Under the pieces are notes generated by a model. That model worked only from the letters and a program-made list of their open reading frames with translations, searched no databases and had not been told where the DNA came from. A program made the position numbers and the translations under genes. DNA of 64,000 bases from Minisyncoccota bacterium (GTDB lineage Bacteria; Patescibacteriota; Microgenomatia; UBA1400; PJMF01): the NCBI GenBank assembly GCA_009991965.1, contig JAACWQ010000003.1, positions 15,274 to 79,273 of the forward strand, read 5' to 3'. Shown here piece after piece: positions 58,624 to 64,000 of the stretch (the stretch's first letter is position 1; each line of letters starts with the position of its first letter).

Positions 58624-61600
58624 TTAGTTTTCTTCAGTCACTACTGCTTCTGTATCATCGTCGTCATCTGTTTTCAACAACTCGTCTTCTGAGACCTCTT
58701 CGTCCTCAGCAGGCTCTTCCTCGTCGCCTGTCTCAGGTTCAGTCTCTTCGACGTCATCAACCATATCTGGCTCATCACTATCGAGTTTCAAAACCACTGT
58801 TTCTTCTTCCACTTCTTCTACACCATGTGGTACGACATCTAATCCAAGTGAGTTAAGCTCTCGCATCAGTACTCGGAATGACTCTGGCACAGTTGGTGCT
58901 GGAATCACTTCGCCCTTGACGATGGCTTCGAATGCTTTGGATCGACCCATGACATCATCTGACTTGATCGTCAACATCTCTTGCAGGGTATGTGCTGCGC
59001 GATGTGCTTCGAGTGCCCAGACTTCCATTTCTCCCAAACGCTGGCCGCCCATTTGTGCTTTACCACCCAAAGGTTGCTGCGTGACGAGTGAGTATGGTCC
59101 TGTCGAACGTGCGTGCATCTTGTCTTCAACCATGTGTGAAAGTTTCAAAATATACCCGATACCGACAGTACTTGGCTCACCATAGGTTTCACCAGTGCGA
59201 CCATCAAACAATTGTGCTTTGCCACTGACTGGCAAACCAGCTCGCTCTAATTCTTTCCAAATTTTGTCTTCTTTGAATCGTTCAAAGGCTGGTACTGCGA
59301 TGGTGTAACCAAGTTTCTTGGCTGCCCAACCTGCATGTGCCTCGAGTAATTGACCCAAGTTCATACGAGCAAGTACTGAGAGCGGGGAAATGATGACATC
59401 AACTGGCGTGCCATCTTCTAGATGTGGCATGTCTGCGGTTGGAACGATCTTCGAGATAACACCTTTGTTACCATGTCGACCGGCGAGTTTGTCACCAACG
59501 GTGATTTTTCGCAGTTGTGCAACACGCACTGTTACTTCTTGTAGCGTACCAGGATCGAGTTCATCGCCAGATTCTGAGTTGAGCACCTGTACATCAATGA
59601 CTGTACCGGACTCACCATGTGGCATACGCAGTGAGGTATCACGTACTTCTCGAGATTTTTCTCCAAAAATTGCACGCAATAATCGCTCTTCTGGGGTTAA
59701 TTCTGTTTCACCTTTTGGCGCAATTTTTCCAACTAAGATATCGCCAGAACTTACCACACTACCAACACGGACAACACCTTCTTCTGTCAGATTACTCAGG
59801 AAAATCTCAGCAACATTTGGAATGTCGCTCGTGAGTTCTTCCGGGCCAAGTTTTGTATCCATTACTTTTGCTTTGAACTCATTGATTTGAATTGAAGTCA
59901 AAACATCCTCACGAACTAATCGCTCAGAGATAACAATGGCGTCTTCGTACCCCAAACCGTCAAATGAGGTGTAGGCAATCACGACATTACTGCCGAGAGC
60001 CAACTCACCATGATCGGAAGCAGGGCCATCAATAATGACGTCGCCAGCGGTAATTTTTTGTCCAACAGTAACAATAGGGGTCTGTGAGTAACAAGTACTC
60101 TGTGACGTACGAACAAATTTTTCTACCAAGTAAGTCTCGATATCACCCTTCAGGAAAGTTGTTTCGTCATTGAGTGAAAGATCAACTTTTGCTGCATCTG
60201 CTTTGGAAAGCTTGATCTGCACCTTGGTACCATCGACACTTGCGACTACGCCGCTGTTTCGAGCTTTGACAGAACGATGCATAGCAGTTGCGACCTCAGT
60301 CTCCATGCCAGTACCAACAATTGGCGCCTGCGGCTTGATCAGCGGAACAGCCTGACACTGCATATGTGTACCCATCAGTGCTCTATTTGCTTCGTCATGT
60401 GCGATAAATGGAATCAGTGAGGCCGAAGTACCGACAACTTGTCGAGGTACAACGTCGATGTACTGAACATCAGTTACTGGACCTTCAATAAAGGTGTTCA
60501 TGTAACGGATAGGCACCCACTCATCGACAATATTGTTATCTTTGTCTAGATCAATACTACGGTGAGTAATCTTGTAATCTTCTTCTTCGTCTGCAGAAAG
60601 GTAAATTATTTCATCTGAAACGTGCATTTTCGAACCAGCTTTTTTCACTGGCTGATACGGAGCTTCGAGAAAGCCGAAATTATTTACTCGAGCGTACAGC
60701 GATAAATAGGTTACCAAACCAATGTTTGGACCTTCAGGTGAACGTACGGGGTCAATTCTCGAGTACTGTGAAGCATTGATATCACGCATCGAAAATGAAG
60801 CGCGCTCACGAGTAACTCCACCAGTGCCCATGACGGACAAACGGCGAAGGTTATCAATTTCAGAAAGTGGATTTGTTTGATCGAGAATAGTCGACAAACG
60901 ATTACGACGGAAAAATTCGGAAATAGTTGCGATGAGTGGACGGGCATTGACCAAACTTGCTGGACTGAGTAATTCATCAGTTTTGGTCAGAGACATCTTC
61001 TCTCGAATAGAGCGCTCAAGGCGAATCAGACCAATGCGGAAGGCTGACTCTTGTACCAGCTCACCAATTTGGCGAACTCGGCGGTTACTTAAGTGATCAA
61101 TATCATCGGTCTTGCCAATACCATTTTGCAGCAAGATCAAGTACTTCACAGCAGAAATAATATCTTCTGGAGTCAAAATAGTTGTGTCTTTGTCAGTTTT
61201 GAGAGACAAACGTCGGTTGAGTTTATAACGACCAACTTTGCCAAGATCATAACGTCTGCGATCGAAGAACAATTGGGTGAGATATTCTTTGGCAGTTTCT
61301 ACAACAGCTGGTTCGCCAGGACGCATTTTTTCATAAATCTCAATGAGTGCCTCTGCTTGTGAGCGCGTAGTATCTTTGGTGAGGGTGGTTTGGACAAGAT
61401 CAAATTCATCTTGACCGATTTCATTACGGAGTAATTCGGTAATTTCTTCGTCTGAACTGTAACCAAGAGCGCGCAAAAGTGTCGTGGCAGGAATTTTTCG
61501 TCTTCGGTCAATTTTGACAGTGATGACATTTTTCTTACCAACAGTCAATTCAAGCCAAGAACCACGCTTTGGACGAAGTTCTGCGGTGAACAATTGCTTG

Positions 61601-62052
61601 CCTGTAACAGGATCTGTTTCGCCAGAGAAAAAGACGCCCGGAGAACGGACGAGTTGGGTAACAACCGCACGCTCAATACCGTTAATAATAAAGGTACCGA
61701 TGTTAGTCATCTTTGGGATATCGCCCAAGAAAACATCTTGTGTTTGCACATCACCCGTGCGTTTGTTGGTCAATTTTGCCGAAACATACAGCGGCATGTC
61801 GTAGGAGACACCCTTCTGTTTTGCCTCTGTAATGGTGTATTTTTGTTTGCCGAAGTAGTGCTCGCCAAAGTTGAGCGACCAGTTTTTGCCAGTGTAATCT
61901 TCTACGCCCTCGTCGGCATAGATCTCTGCGATTGTGTCACGAATACCTGTATCAAGAAAAATGCGATAGCTCTCAATCTGCAAACCAACCAAATCTAATT
62001 TTGGTAAAGTTGTTTGAACAAGACCCCAATTTTGTCGATCAAGTTGTGACAT
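58624..62052 (-). CDS. rpoB: RNA polymerase beta subunit with an acidic C-terminal tail
   Basis: 'PEGPNIGL', 'GDKLAGRHGNKG', 'GGQRLGEMEVWA'. Confidence 0.99.
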   Translation of the reverse strand: MSQLDRQNWGLVQTTLPKLDLVGLQIESYRIFLDTGIRDTIAEIYADEGVEDYTGKNWSLNFGEHYFGKQKYTITEAKQKGVSYDMPLYVSAKLTNKRTGDVQTQDVFLGDIPKMTNIGTFIINGIERAVVTQLVRSPGVFFSGETDPVTGKQLFTAELRPKRGSWLELTVGKKNVITVKIDRRRKIPATTLLRALGYSSDEEITELLRNEIGQDEFDLVQTTLTKDTTRSQAEALIEIYEKMRPGEPAVVETAKEYLTQLFFDRRRYDLGKVGRYKLNRRLSLKTDKDTTILTPEDIISAVKYLILLQNGIGKTDDIDHLSNRRVRQIGELVQESAFRIGLIRLERSIREKMSLTKTDELLSPASLVNARPLIATISEFFRRNRLSTILDQTNPLSEIDNLRRLSVMGTGGVTRERASFSMRDINASQYSRIDPVRSPEGPNIGLVTYLSLYARVNNFGFLEAPYQPVKKAGSKMHVSDEIIYLSADEEEDYKITHRSIDLDKDNNIVDEWVPIRYMNTFIEGPVTDVQYIDVVPRQVVGTSASLIPFIAHDEANRALMGTHMQCQAVPLIKPQAPIVGTGMETEVATAMHRSVKARNSGVVASVDGTKVQIKLSKADAAKVDLSLNDETTFLKGDIETYLVEKFVRTSQSTCYSQTPIVTVGQKITAGDVIIDGPASDHGELALGSNVVIAYTSFDGLGYEDAIVISERLVREDVLTSIQINEFKAKVMDTKLGPEELTSDIPNVAEIFLSNLTEEGVVRVGSVVSSGDILVGKIAPKGETELTPEERLLRAIFGEKSREVRDTSLRMPHGESGTVIDVQVLNSESGDELDPGTLQEVTVRVAQLRKITVGDKLAGRHGNKGVISKIVPTADMPHLEDGTPVDVIISPLSVLARMNLGQLLEAHAGWAAKKLGYTIAVPAFERFKEDKIWKELERAGLPVSGKAQLFDGRTGETYGEPSTVGIGYILKLSHMVEDKMHARSTGPYSLVTQQPLGGKAQMGGQRLGEMEVWALEAHRAAHTLQEMLTIKSDDVMGRSKAFEAIVKGEVIPAPTVPESFRVLMRELNSLGLDVVPHGVEEVEEETVVLKLDSDEPDMVDDVEETEPETGDEEEPAEDEEVSEDELLKTDDDDDTEAVVTEEN

Positions 62053-62101
62053 AGTCTCTCCTTTGCGTTAGTAACTCTGGTAGTAGTGATGATGATTGAG
62101 C

Positions 62102-62137
62102 AACAAAAACACAACCACGACGATGTCGTGTTTGCGT
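62102..62137 (-). terminator. Terminator-like hairpin inside the rpoB leader (possible attenuator)
   Basis: Minus strand ACGCAA-A-CACGAC-ATC-GTCGTG-G-TTGTGT followed by TTTTGTT. Confidence 0.5.
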
Positions 62138-62235
62138 ACACTTTACTCACTGACCAAAAAACGATGCGTTGCGGTCTTCAAGAAAATCACCCCTACTTAT
62201 TTGTTTCCTAATATTTCCTAATAGCTGAACTCAGG

Positions 62236-62264
62236 ATTTTAACACGATCAAGATCTCACTGCAA
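62236..62264 (-). promoter_or_regulatory. rpoBC promoter
   Basis: Minus strand TTGCAG, 17-nt spacer, extended -10 TGnTAAAAT. Confidence 0.55.
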
Positions 62265-63239
62265 GTAGCGTGCTACGTTGACAAGGTGACTTTCGTAGGT
62301 TTCTGCGTAGTAAATCTCACCCGTTGGGGCGTGAAGATAGAAAAAGTCGTCGCTTTCCAGAGGTGTGTGCACTGCTTGCAATGCAGAAAGACCTGGATTC
62401 GCAATTGGGTGTGGTGGTAAACCAGGGTTGCGATACGTATTGAATGGCGATTTCAATTCTTTATCTGCTGCGCGTGGCGGCGCCCACCACTCTCCAGCAA
62501 CATTGCCGCGAACGTACTGCAAAGTTGCATCTATTTCTAGGGCCATGTTAATTTTAAGACGATTCTCAAGAATACCAGCCACATGCCGCATCTGTTCACT
62601 CCCCCGTGCTTCGCGCTCTACCAAGGATGCGAGAATAACCAAACGCTTTGCTTCAGCATCTGTGAAATCACCCACTGTTGCTAACTTTTTTTCGAAAGTT
62701 GTCGTGAAGAGGTTGACAAGTGCGGTCGTCGTAATTTCTTTTGGTACCAAATAGGTATCTGGGAATAAATATCCTTCACTCGTAGCAGTCAGCTCGAGAA
62801 ATTTTGCTTTGTCGAACTCGGACAGATCTATGGTTTCTAAATACTCTGCAATTTCTTCTCTGCGCCAGCCTTCGAGCAGCGTGATCCAGACGTCCTCCGT
62901 ACCCTCGGTTAAAGTCTGCGCTATATCTGGCGTACTTTGGGTCGGGCTGAGCGTGAACGAGCCTGCTTGGATTTTGGTATCGAGCTTATTGAGCTGCACA
63001 TACAAACGAAAAGCGTATTTTGAACGAATGAGCTTGGCTTCTTCTAGCTTGGCGCCGATAGCTGCAATCCCCTGGCCTTTGGAGACAACAAACCGTACTT
63101 CATTGCCAGCATTTGCAGCTGGGGCAAGGAGGTATTTTGCTCCACAATAAATGGTTGCGAGTACCAAAGCTAAAAAGGCTAGGCTGGCTACAATAAGAAT
63201 TCGAGTTTTTTGCACGATTGATAGTATAGCTGTAGTCAA
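62256..63239 (-). CDS. mltG: Endolytic transglycosylase MltG
   Basis: N-terminal TM, 'EGYLFPDTY', 'ASLVERE', 'NRL..M.LEIDAT', 'SPFNTY..GLPP.PIANPG'. Confidence 0.93.
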   Translation of the reverse strand: MTTAILSIVQKTRILIVASLAFLALVLATIYCGAKYLLAPAANAGNEVRFVVSKGQGIAAIGAKLEEAKLIRSKYAFRLYVQLNKLDTKIQAGSFTLSPTQSTPDIAQTLTEGTEDVWITLLEGWRREEIAEYLETIDLSEFDKAKFLELTATSEGYLFPDTYLVPKEITTTALVNLFTTTFEKKLATVGDFTDAEAKRLVILASLVEREARGSEQMRHVAGILENRLKINMALEIDATLQYVRGNVAGEWWAPPRAADKELKSPFNTYRNPGLPPHPIANPGLSALQAVHTPLESDDFFYLHAPTGEIYYAETYESHLVNVARYLQ

Positions 63240-63605
63240 TTACTCTGTAACTTCCAAAATATTTCCGTCTGGGTCTTTAAAATAAGCAACCGTTTGTCCC
63301 CAAGGCATTTGCTTGGGACCCTCAAAAATATCAATACCTTTGTTCTGCAGTTCTTGACATGCTGTCTCTACATCCGCCACCGGAAACGCAATCACGCACC
63401 CTCCACCAGATTTCATATGGGATTTTGGAAACATTGCCACAGCCTCATCTTTTTGGAAAATCGCCAAAAGTGTCTCACCAAGTTTGAAATCTGTGTAGTT
63501 GGTATCCTGAGAATTGAGCTTGAGATCCAGAGTATCTCTGTAAAAAGCCAACGATTTTTCGTAGTCTTCGACGAGCAGACAAAGAGCGTAGAGTTTGTTA
63601 AACAT
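63240..63605 (-). CDS. VOC/glyoxalase-family protein
   Basis: 'V.D.EKS..FY..L', 'IAFPVADV', 'PWG..AYFKDPDGN.LE'. Confidence 0.9.
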   Translation of the reverse strand: MFNKLYALCLLVEDYEKSLAFYRDTLDLKLNSQDTNYTDFKLGETLLAIFQKDEAVAMFPKSHMKSGGGCVIAFPVADVETACQELQNKGIDIFEGPKQMPWGQTVAYFKDPDGNILEVTE

Positions 63606-63629
63606 ATTTTACATTGAGTAATCTCAAAT

Positions 63630-63950
63630 TTACTTTTCTAGTAAATCGAGAACTGCGATCCTCCTCCACTCCAATTCTGAAGTGCCTTTTTCATCTTGTT
63701 CTAATCTAAATTCAATGAGTGCCTCAAGTTGGGCAAGTTGGGTCCTCAATTCTGGCTCTGTCATCTGCTTGAGTTCAGACAAAAATTCTGTTCTTCGCTC
63801 TACATTTTCTCCATCCGTCATGCCCGTAGGTGGAGTTTTCATCTCACTGAGCGAGCGACCCTCTCCCAAAAGTTTTTTACCCTCACGCGCCCTCTCTCTA
63901 TGATTTTTTGCACCTAAAACAGAATTTCTAAATGTGTTTAATTCTGTCAT
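63630..63950 (-). CDS. Small charged helical hypothetical protein
   Basis: 106-aa ORF co-oriented with the VOC and mltG genes; TATAGT 8 nt before the ATG. Confidence 0.55.
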   Translation of the reverse strand: MTELNTFRNSVLGAKNHRERAREGKKLLGEGRSLSEMKTPPTGMTDGENVERRTEFLSELKQMTEPELRTQLAQLEALIEFRLEQDEKGTSELEWRRIAVLDLLEK

Positions 63951-64000
63951 AAAAACTTACTATAAACCACAAAATCTACTTTCAAATAATGTTTTGTCAG

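Noticed and set aside
1-64000. Numerous 60-230 aa antisense or alternative-frame ORFs (for example 48613-49236 +, 50778-51380 -, 53126-53818 +, 59390-59890 +)
   Set aside because: They lie within well-supported conserved genes, show no motifs, and are expected shadow ORFs.
1-64000. Alternative genetic code (UGA=Gly, as in Gracilibacteria and Absconditabacteria)
   Set aside because: TGA ends genes at expected positions (recA, rplN-rpsQ overlaps), and an RF2 with the SPF motif is present.
1-64000. CRISPR array, IS element, prophage or retroelement
   Set aside because: No regularly spaced repeats and no transposase, integrase, reverse transcriptase or phage structural motifs were seen.

Overview
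A compact bacterial chromosome segment using genetic code 11. It looks like Patescibacteria (CPR), probably Microgenomates: rpmD/L30 is missing from the spc operon, and DUF4012, lamin-tail, DUF990 and GT-C genes are present. This assignment is inference. The right half (34.4-62.1 kb, minus strand) is one contiguous rpoB-rpoC-str-S10-spc-alpha-rplM-rpsI supercluster. The left half holds a polyprenyl-sugar glycosylation cluster, a UvrD-PD-(D/E)XK helicase-nuclease, an AT-rich islet at tRNA-Pro(GGG) (HD hydrolase, hicB-hicA-like pair plus a third small gene), recA-rny-secG, a cell-wall operon, purF-purN, prfB, ftsEX and an ABC-2 cluster with one deleted permease. No integrase, transposase, CRISPR array or rRNA was seen. 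The most notable observations are: (1) a circularly permuted M23 peptidase with intact Zn ligands next to ftsEX; (2) a DegT-type aminotransferase fused to a FemABX peptidyltransferase and coupled to a membrane-anchored MurF; (3) a PurF-PurN fusion whose catalytic Cys can only be reached from an ATT start; (4) a promoter-defined, structured ~180-nt RNA between recA and an RNase Y lacking its TM helix; (5) widespread leaderless-type -10 boxes; (6) a heavily substituted RpoB rifampicin pocket. All calls come from motif recognition by eye; no database searches were run.
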